From assembly GCA_020137815.1 (NCBI GenBank), contig CM035353.1, positions 4,402,001 to 4,466,000 of the forward strand: 64,000 nt of DNA, read 5' to 3'. The notes below the pieces were generated by a model. That model was not told where the DNA came from, did not search any database, and saw only the letters and a list, made by a program, of their open reading frames with translations. This DNA comes from Hormiphora californensis. Lineage: Eukaryota > Animalia > Ctenophora. The stretch's first letter is position 1; each line of letters opens with the position of its first letter. Positions 38,734 to 50,172 of the stretch are shown piece after piece. The position numbers and the translations under genes were made by a program.

Positions 38734-39889
38734 CAGACACTTTAAACTCGTAGTAAGAGTCATTTTACTGTAGTTAAGAGACTTTTGATTAGTAATTAGT
38801 ATAAAGCTACTACATTATATTTAGTTCTAACCCAGTATATTCGGTTTTTAGTACTTCGTTTCTATAATAAACACCACACGCAATCACCATGCAATGACCC
38901 TCGGCCTCACCACAGAGTCGGACTGAGTCAGGCAACCCGTTACTATCACTACTGGGTGGGTTAAAGCAGACTCCGGGTTCTGCATCCCGCATTAGTGAAT
39001 AATTGAAGAAGAAAGGTCCACGGAGGATTCAATAATTAGAGCAATGTATTTTGTTGCCCGGTAGCTGTCACCAGTTCTGAAATCATGGACATCGATGAAA
39101 TTTCTGAGATGCAGCTGCTAGAAGGACCTACATGTTCAACAATTGCTGCCGTACATGCTGACGCAACAACGCAGACTACTTTCAGGTCACCATTCTCCAC
39201 GCCGGCAGCAGAAGAGTAAAATTACGGAAATAGACATTGAGATGCAGGACACAGTTGTGGGCAGGATGGCCTGAGCCATACCACGATAACTGCATAGGGT
39301 AGAGGGCCAGGTACCCTAACATAAATTACGGATATCATAAATTACGGATAAAGATAATTTATTAGTTTAGTGTAGTATATATTACCGACGCTTAAAGGTT
39401 AGAATTACGGCGGGCTGGATTGTCTCGTATTATTTAGCACTGTTGCTGTACAACTAGCGAGAGTGTGATTGGACATTTATCAGTATTAACATGTTTTGTA
39501 GTTTTAGAATGTGATTCTATAATATAATCTCTAAACTTTAATCTAAATTTTAATCAAAGTGTGGTATCCAGTGGCCTGAGCCACTGGATACCACGGCAAC
39601 TGCATACTTTCCGCTCGTTCTCTCCGCACTGTCACCAGTTCTGAAATCATGGACATCGACAAATGGTGGCTTCGGTGGGATGCCGATAAGAACAGCCCGG
39701 ATGGTTTACTTTAATCAAAATGTGGTATCCAATGGCCTGAGCCATTGAATACCACGATAACTGCATAGGGTAGAGGGCCAGCGACCCTAACATAAATTAC
39801 GGATAAAGATAATTTATTAGTTTAGTGTAGTATATATTACCGGCGCATATATAAAAGGTTAAAATTAGGGTGGGCTGGATTGTCTCGTT

Positions 39890-40280
39890 GCTAATTGTTG
39901 CTGTTGGCGGCAAAAGTGGAGCACAAGCAGGCATGGAATTCGCAGAAACCTGTGCAAAATATGGAAGGGACTCTCTAGTGGGGGACTTCATACACGCATA
40001 CGGCCAAAACCCGATAATACACAAGTATTCCAAGATCCTGTGGAGACATATCCGCACCTCGAGAAAGGTGAAGAAGATTTGGTACAAGGGTTTGAATGAT
40101 ATTGTGAACGGTGAGCTGTCGGCGGCCCAAAAAGTCGATACTGAGATGGACACAGTGGTGGGCAGGATGGCCGCAATGGACGCCCTGTTGGCGACAAAAG
40201 CGACGCTGCTGACCGAGATCGATCGGTTTGGTCTCAGAAAGCCGAAACGTGTATCGGATTACGACATTCGAGTTATTTGA
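39890..40280 (+). pseudogene. Unknown helical ORF with EMDTVVGRM motif; homolog at 51860-52030
   Basis: EMDTVVGRMAAMDALLATKATLLTEIDRF vs EIDTVVGRMKALDILLASKAALLTKIDGF; many differences are synonymous or conservative. Confidence 0.5.
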
Positions 40281-40493
40281 TACGGTACGAGAGGCTATAA
40301 ATACGGCGGTAAACGTACGGAGGACACCAGAACAGCTGCGGAAAAAGCAGCTAAGAGACTGCAACATTTGTCCAGAGACATAGTCCCTGAGGACGCAGGA
40401 GAGGGTAAGTGAGGGGCCATTTTCGGAGGAGGGTGATCCGAAGCAGACAAAGTGTTTGAAGCTAAATTTAATTCACTATAATTCTCAGCCCCC

Positions 40494-40883
40494 ATGCAAG
40501 GAAAACTCAACACCAAAGTGAGCAGCACGCTCACTCTGCAAGATCTGTCAAAGATCGTGGAAAACAACATGAAGTTTAGAGGCACGGTTTATCGAGAGAG
40601 ACCAGAGCTACTCTACAGAGTTGGAGAAATAATGATCCTTGATGTCATGGAGACATCTGCAGACCTAGTTTTCCACTTCGTTCTCCTAGCTCCGTTCCTA
40701 AACAAGGCTGGACTATACCAGACCTACACTCCAGTACAAGTTCCAGTTTACATCAACGAATCCTGCTTCATCATGAAAACACCTGACACCTTGATAATGG
40801 ACGATAAATCTTTCTACGAGGTATAGACGACACAGTGTTCCGAATTTGAGGACATCACTATTTGTCAACAAGACATACCCTAG
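40494..40883 (+). pseudogene. env: Envelope-like class I fusion protein fragment (baculovirus-F / errantivirus Env type)
   Basis: GKLNTKV..L..I, LLYRVG, FHFVLLAPFL, YQTYTPVQVPV..SC, then past an in-frame stop TTQC..ITICQQ; motif spacing typical of the F-type ectodomain. Confidence 0.6.
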
Positions 40884-41079
40884 TCAGAATATAATATGTA
40901 TTTTTTTCGATAATATGTATTAAATACGGGCGTGAATAGATATTTAATACGTATTATAAGCCTAGAATAAGTAAAGTCAAAATTTTTTGTCTGAGCAGTT
41001 TGGTAACTTCATTTGTCATATCATTGGGAGGGGAAAAAAGTATTATAATTAAGCTCATTCCTCGATTTAGTGAATCAAT

Positions 41080-41553
41080 ATGGTACGATCAGATAATGGG
41101 GAGGAAAATATGTCGGAGGGGGAGATAGAGGTGTATGGAAACTCTCTTCCAAACGTATGTGGGATGAAGGAATGCAGCAGCATTCTAGAAGATCACCGGG
41201 GGGCGGCGCACATCAACATGTACGGGACGCTAATTTGCGTGGGGTGCAGTATTACATTGACGGGGATCATGATTGACATTTCCGTGGGGAAACACATCCT
41301 AGACACGGAGGGGTACGGGGAACAACACGGCTATCGGGATGTTATGGAGTACACCCGGGGGGGGGGGGGGGGGGGTCTGGACACCCCTAGACATAGGGCT
41401 GCGGCTGCCTCGCATTATCTATTTAGGGCAACTGAAGCGACCAAGGAGTTGCTTCTAAATTTGGAATTGTCAGTGGAGGGTATAAGGGATCTATTAGATA
41501 CGGTTTTGCGGTTCGCAATTAAAAGGACCGAGATACTCACCGCGGTCATCTAA
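41080..41553 (+). CDS. ORF-Z: 157-aa unknown protein, N-terminal C-x4-C..H..C-x2-C, poly-Gly linker, helical C-terminus
   Basis: Open ATG-to-stop ORF; three loci in window. Confidence 0.5.
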   Translation: MVRSDNGEENMSEGEIEVYGNSLPNVCGMKECSSILEDHRGAAHINMYGTLICVGCSITLTGIMIDISVGKHILDTEGYGEQHGYRDVMEYTRGGGGGGLDTPRHRAAAASHYLFRATEATKELLLNLELSVEGIRDLLDTVLRFAIKRTEILTAVI

Positions 41554-43206
41554 TGGGGCCGATCGCCGGGTGGGTTAGTATTTGCATGCCTCTTTACTTT
41601 GTTGCCATATTTGTTATTTTTCTTTTGGACCTAATAACTATCCCTCGCTAATTCGAGTCAAACCTGGCCTACGGACGGAACATCAGTCGGGCGAGGTTCT
41701 ATAGGTCAACTTGGGAGGCCATTGCGGGGGCTTCGGAAGGGAATACTGATTCAGTATCATCTGTAGAGGATCAGTGAGTCTTTAACAATGAATTAATGTT
41801 CGAAATCTTGAGGAACAATATACTACCCCTCCGATGTAAACAGTACACTACCAAACAAAACAAAAAACTATTATAACTAGTTGCCTCATTCATGAGGAAA
41901 GAGGTGGATACGGGAGCCTCAAATCTGTGCTCCCTGTGAGCGAGTTATATTTTACATTATGTTGTGATTGGGAACTGCATTGGTGGTTATGACGTCTCGG
42001 CGAACTACCTCTCGGCGAATTACCTCTCGGCGAATTACTCCTGCTCATTCTGGAGTGAAGTCTTGACGCTGATAATCCTCTTGCTGAATTCAGACTATTC
42101 ATCAATCGAGACCAGCGATTAGGAGAAGGAACGAGTGATTATAACCGCATTAATCGAGGACTGTAGGAGACTTACTGCGTGGGTTGCTCATCGGACTATA
42201 AATACAGGACTGGAGGGGAAAACGCCCTGACAGACACTTCTTGTAAACTCGTAATAAGAGTCATTTTACTGTAGTTAAGAGACTTTTGATTATAAGTAAT
42301 TAGTATAAAGCTATTGCATATTTAGTTCTAACCAAGTATATTCGGTTTTTAGTACTTCGTTTCTATAATAAACACCACACGCAATCACCACGCAATGACC
42401 CTCGGCCTCACCACAGAGTCGGACACACAGACTGAGTCAAGCAGCCCGTTACTATCACTACTGGGTGGGTTAGAGCAGACTCCGGGTTCTGCATCCCGCA
42501 TTAGTGAATAATTGAAGAAGAAAGGCCCACGGAGGATTCAATAATTAGAACAATGTATTTTGTTGCCCGGTAGCTGTCACCAGTTCTGAAATCATGGACA
42601 TCGATGAAATTTCTGAAATGCAGCTGCTAGAAGGACCTACATGTAAAACAACTGCTGACGCAACAACGCAGACTACAGCTCCTGACTTTCAGGTCACCAT
42701 TCTCCACGCCGGCAGCAGAAGAGTAAAATTACGGAAATAGACATTGAGATGCAGGACACAGTTGTGGGCAGGATGGCCTGAGCCACTGGATACCACGATA
42801 ACTTCATAGGGTAGACCATAATAACATAAATTACGGATAAAGATAATTTATTAGTTTAGTGTAGTATATATTACCGACGCACATTTAAAGGTTAGAATTA
42901 GGGCGGGCTGGATTATCTTGTATCATTTAAACTGTTGCTAATGGATATAGATAAAGAATAAAAGATCTGCATTCTATTATTCTTTCTCTCCTGAACAGAT
43001 AACCGGCCTGACTATCAGCGGAGAAGATAGGACAGTGAATTGAGCTGAAGCTATGGTCGCAGATCGGATATGCCTCGGAAGTCGGAGTATAAGAGAGGAG
43101 AGAGGAGAGAAAAGACGGTTCCGTTATTTTGAATTATTTTTTACCTTTATCAAAGTGAGCTGCTACCTATTTCTTTGTCTGAAAACACTGCTTATTACTT
43201 TGAAAT

Positions 43207-43434
43207 GTGCTCTGGGAACCAACTGAACCGGTACGTCTGGCACTGGTGCAGAGTTCGCCTCTCCCGCTGATTCTTGGGGGTATAAACAGGACCATCGGGA
43301 CCCTACACAAGTACGCCTACGATAGCGGATTCCCCCATAAGGAACAGGAAAGGGACAACACTGGTCCAAGCCTAGACCAGCTCCTCCGAAGAGCCCAAAA
43401 CAAACGAACTCCCGGAGATCTAGGCACAGGCTGA
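43207..43434 (+). pseudogene. ORF-X subfamily 1 C-terminal fragment
   Basis: LWEPTEPVRLALVQSSPLPLILGGINRTIGTLHKYAYDSGFP. Confidence 0.55.
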
Positions 43435-45705
43435 GGAGCTGCAGGACAGGGAAGATATTAAGCCCCCTCCCCACGAAGAGAGGAGGATAACACCCTAATT
43501 TTCTTGTTTTAATTATTTTTCAAAAACCAAAAATATCTTACTGTTTTTTATTTGATCACCACCGCGAGGTATGGCTAACACCCGGTCAAAACACGAAATA
43601 CTTGCACGGAGGGGTGGATGGGGAGAACTATAAACCATCAAAAAATCTTACCTGGACTAAATCTGAAACTACAAAAGCTCTTGAGAACTGGATGATGGGA
43701 TGCATAATCATCGTGGGATCGACGTGATGCGGGAGAGGCCCTAGAGACTTTTAAATATTGTATTTGTTAGCGGTATAATGATAGACACTATCACCGGAAG
43801 AATCTATGGAGATCGCGAGATTAGCCGGGGCAAACACGCAGGACATTGATAAAGCGGAGGCAAGCCGCCTTGCGACAAGCAGTCATTCTGGAGAAGTCGG
43901 GGCTCCCTCCGGATACGACCAGGATCCTGAAACATCAATTGAACGAGATGCGTTCAAGGAGAGACAGGACAACCCCTCGGGGCTGGACAAGACCATACCG
44001 GATAACTTGCAACCAGGAAGGAAAAGTGGAGATCAATTGGATATAAACTATTGGACATCGGCGCATCCGGATGAAAGCTTGTTTCGCCCGGAGCTGCAGG
44101 ACAGGGAATTAGATACCAAGCCCCCTCCCCACGAAGATAGGAGGATAAACACCCTTACAGAGCAACTTACAAAACTTTTTGTAAGTTGGTCCCTAATTTT
44201 CTTGTTTTAATTATTGTTCAAAAACCAAAAATATTTAATATCTTACTGTGTTTTTATTTGATCACCACCGCGAGGTATGACTAACATCCGGTCAAAACAC
44301 GAAATACTTGCACGGAGGGGTGGATGGGGAGAACTATAAACCAACAAAAAATATTACCTGGACTAAATCCGAAACTACAAAAGCTCTAGAAGAGTAAATG
44401 ATGGGATGCATAATCATCGTGGGATCGACGTAATGCGGGAGAGGCCCTAGAGACTTTTAAATATTGTATTAGTTAGCGGTATAGTGATAGAAAAGGGGTG
44501 AACTGTGAAGTGGAACTGACCCAATTAAGTTGATTGGTAGAATGAATGAAGGCCCGCCGGCTGGAACGGACTTGATTACTCATATGTTACTCTCATGTCA
44601 AGTGAGCGTTGCCCTCACGGGAAGTAGACGTGTTCATTAATTGATTTTTAAGCATGAGGTAGTATTGTACAGTACAACGGCGTAAGGGTAACATATTGTC
44701 TAGAAAAAGACGAAGTTGCGGGGTTGTACCCCTGAGGACATACTCTGTAAAATGATCATATCATTATACTGATGCATTATCATATGTATTATTGCATTCA
44801 CTGCAGATTGCCAGATTTATCCGTGCGACGGAGCTACCCCAATCAGACTAGTCGCCGTCAGGGACTATGTCGAGTTTCTGGAAGATCTTTTGGACTCATT
44901 AAGCTCCGAGGACACGGTGCCTCGAAGATTACGGGTCGTAGACGTGTTCATTAATTGATTTTTATGCATGTTTATAAGCAAGGCAGTATTGGTACAGTAC
45001 AACGGCGTAATGGTAACAGATTGTCTAGAAAAAGACGAAGTGATTTACTGCTCCGAAAGGATGGAAAATAAATTTCCCCATTTATAAAGAGGCTTGGGCC
45101 TGATTCAGGGAAGAAACTGATAGACTTAAGGCGGGATCCACTATAATGCCTATACATACTTGTAACTTATAATATATCATTTATAATTAGAACTATAATA
45201 GGACAAGAAAAGTGTCACAAACTAACTTTGCTCCACGAGAAAAGGGATAAAATACACCCAGTCGGTCCACATAACCTATCATACACGGAGGGGTGGATGA
45301 GGGGGTATGCAAAACCAGTGAACCACACCCCGGTAAATATATAAATAAAACACGGTCTAGCATTGAAGGAGAACCCCAGACATCTCTATCCACAGAGGGG
45401 CGGATGTAGGAACCATGAATTGTCCCTTTGATATTAAATAAACAGCCCTTTCCCGATATCCAGTATAATTCACCCTATCGACGGAACTCGGTGTCACTGA
45501 AGCCCAATGAAGCGTTGCGCCATTGGTCGCAGCCAGGACCACACCAAAGGCTCTGCAAGCAGAGGCACCTATACATGTGAAGTCACGTGATTTCATTTCT
45601 GAGGCTGGCTTGCGAGCCTATGTTTGCCTGCCGATTCGATTTGAATCGAAGATTTGTTGTGATTTTGCAAATTGCTATATATATATCACATACTAACCCA
45701 AGCTC

Positions 45706-46173
45706 TTGTTCCCCACTATAGTATATCAAAATGGAGGCCATCATGCCAATCAACACAGCTGGAGGAGTCGCGTCGATGTGACTACCCAAATCTACCCCTG
45801 CGATGGGGCCACGCCCATCAGACTAGTGCCAGTCCGGGACTACGTGGAGTTTTTAGAGGAACTTTTGGATGCCCTCAGCGAAGAGGACTCGGTCCCGCGG
45901 AGGCTTCATGCGATTCGCGATGAGCGAAATAGGAGGGGCCAGGCATCGGCCGCGATCATGGCGTATCCGGCTCGCCCAGGAGTTTTGGCTGCAGCCAAAG
46001 AGCTTTTCACCGCTACCGGGAAAAGTATTAGTGAATTTCTACAACAAGGATCACTTGAAGAAGTGAAACAGGAGGTCATGGTGGGACTCGAGACCCTCTG
46101 GGAATATGGCAGGCAACGGCGATTCCCCGTGAGACAACACAACAGGAATCATACCCGAGCCCGAGACTTTTAG
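45706..46173 (+). CDS. ORF-X subfamily 2, most complete copy (unknown helical protein); fragments at ~44810-44935 and ~46345-46480
   Basis: TPIRLVPVRDYVEFLEE..PARPGVLAAAKELF..LWEYGRQRRFP. Confidence 0.6.
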   Translation: MFPTIVYQNGGHHANQHSWRSRVDVTTQIYPCDGATPIRLVPVRDYVEFLEELLDALSEEDSVPRRLHAIRDERNRRGQASAAIMAYPARPGVLAAAKELFTATGKSISEFLQQGSLEEVKQEVMVGLETLWEYGRQRRFPVRQHNRNHTRARDF

Positions 46174-46743
46174 AGTCTGTGTAAGGACTATATGTTGTAT
46201 ATGATATGATATATACAATTATATTAGATTATGTTATTTACGATTTAAATTTACTATTGCGAAACCGATGTATATCGAATTAGTACCCTTGTATAGGAAT
46301 ACATGGTGGTGGGATTTCCTGCGGGAAAAGGATGGCATATTAACCCGAGTTCTTGTTCCCCGCTATAGTGTATCAAAATGGAGGCCAACTTGGAGATCAA
46401 CGCAGCAGGGAGAGTCGATGTGGCTACCCAGATTTACCCATGTGATGGAGCTACTCCAATCAGACTAGTGCCAGTCCGGGAACACCCTGCACACAGGGTA
46501 GGAGGAACCAGGAACATCACACCGCGCCTGATGACCACTATTTAAAATATACCAGTGTCTTTTTCTGTTTTAATTATTTAACCTGAAAGTGCATTTCTTT
46601 ACGAATTCCAAAAGAAAAGGGTCACACACTCACTCTATTCCGCGAAACGGGGGATAAAAAACACCAGCTGTCGGCGGAATCTTTAGCTCTTGGAAACGAT
46701 ATTGAAACACATCAAAATTGAACTCTATCACTAGTTGAAAATA

Positions 46744-47021
46744 AACGATATAATTTTTATGGCATGTAACACTATAACTATACTCTATATAACGATATAA
46801 TTTTTATGGCATGTAACACTATAACTATACTCTATATAACGATATAATTTTTATGGCATGTAACACTATAACTATACTCTATATAACGATATAATTTTTA
46901 TGGCATGTAACACTATAACTATACTCTATATAACGATATAATTTTTATGGCATGTAACACTATAACTATACTCTATATAACGATATAATTTTTATGGCAT
47001 GTAACACTAACTATACTCTAT
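46744..47021 (+). repeat. Tandem repeat, 47-bp unit x6
   Basis: aacgatataatttttatggcatgtaacactataactatactctatat repeated head-to-tail, no spacers. Confidence 0.97.
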
Positions 47022-47922
47022 TGGAAGAGCTACTCCTAAGCGGCGGGAAACCACCGAGACGAGCACACAATCTGCATTTCCGTTATATAATGAAACCTAT
47101 ATCCGCACAAGCCTGGTCAAGACTCTGGTTGAGGAACTGGAGAATTGCAGATCGTTCTGTTCCAGAAGTCGGGGAACACGGAACACAGAGGAGGCGACAT
47201 TGCTGGCTCCAACACGCGACTCTGTTCCACAGCGGATGGAGTGCTTACAAAAGGAAACACCCAGCACCAGCTATATTACACATGGTATCCGTATAATCGT
47301 TTCCTCCTTCGACTATCATGAGTCTCAACACCACTACCTATGGCCTCGACGAGGAGATGACCACTGCCCCTAACGTACCGGAATTGGCAGAGGAGGCGAC
47401 ATTGCTGGCTCCAACACCCGCCACACCCGCTCCTCCGGCATCCGTATACTTCACCCCAGAGATGAATTTTGCGGGACCACCCATGGCACCACCAATAGTC
47501 CGAGACAACTGGACCCAAAGCAGTTTCTACAAAAGGAGAAGAAAAACCGGCCCCGGCAATACTAAACATTGGAAACTTTCCAGAACCGGAAGGTCGGGTC
47601 AAAGCAGCCCAAACGATGCTGTGGGAGGCTACTGAGCCAATGAGGCGACCACTCATCAGCAACGAATCTCAGATCGCGATAGTCAATCTGACTTTCTAGT
47701 ACGTATCACTTTAATTATACATATATCATGGATAGAAATAATATGTATGGAGGAGGTGGTGCAAAGGATGGCCACAACACACCCTTAAGTTGGACAAGGT
47801 ATAACTATATTGCACGAGGACCACTTCATGTAATGGGGGGGGGGGGGGTACCGGTTACCCTCCCATTTCCTAATTTCATTATAGCGTGTAACCTATATGG
47901 TACTATTGTTATAACGTGTTAA

Positions 47923-49903
47923 GGGTACACCGACCGAAATTTTTTGTCGAGTGCAGGGCAATCTCTCACCGTAGGGTTGTAGGCCATGCCAAGGAGACCT
48001 CAAATATGCAATTTGAGCTCTCAAGTCGAATTCATATTTTTGCTACAGCTGTTTAAAAAATGTCCTGTAAATTCGTTTTTGGCATCTCAAAAAAATTTTT
48101 TTAAAGATAGGAGCATGAAAATTTGGGGATTTAAAGAGGACATGAAGGTGAATAACCACAAAAATTTTTTTTGCAATCCGAGCTGATTTCCGGTCCTGAG
48201 ATGGATTTCTTTTTTTCCACTTTAACGCCCTATTTGGCAAAGTTCCGAAAACATGTGAAAGCTGTAAATTGGTGAAAAGTTGCGTCTAAAGATTATCTAA
48301 GTGGCCATACATTTTGGGCGTATCCTTATTTGAGATAAGCTGTACAGAGTTTTTTTTGTGAAAGCCGTCATTTCAGAAATAAATAAATTCCCTGTATCTC
48401 AAAAACGGCTGATCGTAGAGACTTGAGGCTATGCTTAAACGATTCAGAAGGTCCGATTTTGGGGGGGTCTTCTGAGAGACATTTTGCTCCTACTTCAACC
48501 GTTTTTGCTGTAATTGCGAAAAACAAAAATTCATCTTCGCCATCGTGGATTTTTTGTGATTTTGTTTTTGGTGATTATAGGGACCCATATGGACCAAATA
48601 GTGAAGGAATTAGCTTGTTACACATTTTTCCATCGTTTCGGTCCTTTCATAGCCAAAATTCCCTAATTACAGGATATTGGAGTTTAGCTTTTGCCCTTTT
48701 CATAGAATTTGTTTTTCGCAGTTACAGCAAAAACGGTTGAAGTAGGAGCAAAATGTCTCTCAGAAGACCCCCCCAAAATCGGACCTTCTGAATCGTTTCA
48801 GCATAGTCTCAGGTCTCTACGATCAGCCGTTTTTGAGATACAGGGAATTTATTTACTTCTGAAATGACGGCTTTCACAAAAAAAACTCTGTACAGCTTAT
48901 CTCAAATAAGGATACGCCCAAAATTTATGGCCACTTAGATAATCGTTAGACGCAACTTTTCACCAATTTACAGCTTTCACATGTTTTCGGAACTTTGCCA
49001 AATAGGGCGTTAAAGTGGAAAAAAGAAATCCATCTCAGGACCGGAAATCAGCTCGGATTGCAAGAAAATTTTTTGTGGTTATTCACCTTCATGTCCTCTT
49101 CATATCCCCAAATTTTCATGCTCCTATCTTTAAAAAAATTTTTTTGAGATGCCAAAAACGAATTTACAGGACATTTTTTAAACAGCTGTAGCAAAAATAT
49201 GAATTCGACTTAAGGGCTAAAATTGCATATTTGAGGTCTCTTTGGCATGGCCTACAACCCTACGGTGAGAGATTGCCCTGCACGATGGCGAAGATGAATT
49301 TTTGTTTTTCGCAGTTACAGCAAAAACGGTTGAAGTAGGAGCAAAATGTCTCTCAGAAGACCCCCCCAAAATCGGACCTTCTGAATCGTTTCAGCATAGT
49401 CTCAGGTCTCTACGATCAGCCGTTTTTGAGATACAGGGAATTTATTTATTTCTGAAATGACGGCTTTCACAAAAAAACTCTGTACAGCTTATCTCAAATA
49501 AGGATACGCCCAAAATGTATGGCCACTTAGATAATCTTTAGACGCAACTTTTCACCAATTTACAGCTTTCACATGTTTTCGGAACTTTGCCAAATAGGGC
49601 GTTAAAGTGGAAAAAAGAAATCCATCTCAGGACCGGAAATCAGCTCGGATTGCAAGAAAATTTTTTGTGGTTATTCACCTTCATGTCCTCTTCATATCCC
49701 CAAATTTTCATGCTCCTATCTTTAAAAAAATTTTTTTGAGATGCCAAAAACGAATTTACAGGACATTTTTTAAACAGCTGTAGCAAAAATATGAATTCGA
49801 CTTAAGGGCTAAAATTGCATATTTGAGGTCTCTTTGGCATGGCCTACAACCCTACGGTGAGAGATTGCCCTGCACTCGACAAAAAATTTCGGTCGGTGTA
49901 CCC
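47923..49903. mobile_element. Kolobok-type non-autonomous foldback transposon (TTAA TSD, GGG..CCC ends, ~620-bp TIR, right arm duplicated)
   Basis: TTAA at 47919-47922 and 49904-49907; purine-start termini; empty-site paralog gcgtgTTAAatagattc at ~50455-50472. Confidence 0.88.
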
Positions 49904-49971
49904 TTAAATAGATTCATGGATTAGCAATTGTCCAAGTTATAAGTTGTGTTCTGGTCATTGCATGGTCGTTT

Positions 49972-50172
49972 TTGGGAGGAATGGAAGGCTGTTTGGGCAC
50001 GTCGCAAACTCTATTCCACTACGCAGTAAAACCCTGTACTTGGAGAAAACTCACAGGAAACGTGCCATCCGACAGGTTGACCTATTCATCACTCTATCAG
50101 CAGGCAGTAAACAGGCAGCATTCAGCAAAGACCCTGCTCTGGGAATCAACTGAACCGGTACGTCTGGCACTA
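49972..50172 (+). pseudogene. ORF-X subfamily 1 fragment
   Basis: IPLRSKTLYLEKTHRKRAIRQVDLFITLSAGSKQAA/KTLLWESTEPVRLAL. Confidence 0.55.

Larger units (their letters stand above)
35220..46600 (+). repeat. Mosaic array of shuffled, co-oriented modules (TATA/leader cassette, EMDTVVGRM piece, hairpin, env, ORF-X, ORF-Z)
   Basis: Cassette copies at 35220-35990, 38720-39270, 41916-42780 and a diverged one at 52070-52620; tandem duplication 43430-43790 / 44090-44490. Confidence 0.85.

Noticed and set aside
46744-47021. Regular 47-bp repeat resembling a CRISPR array
   Set aside because: Units are head-to-tail with no unique spacers, no cas genes, eukaryotic context.
47318-47635. 105-aa Pro/Thr-rich ORF
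   Set aside because: No recognisable motif and partly made of a local duplication; insufficient support.
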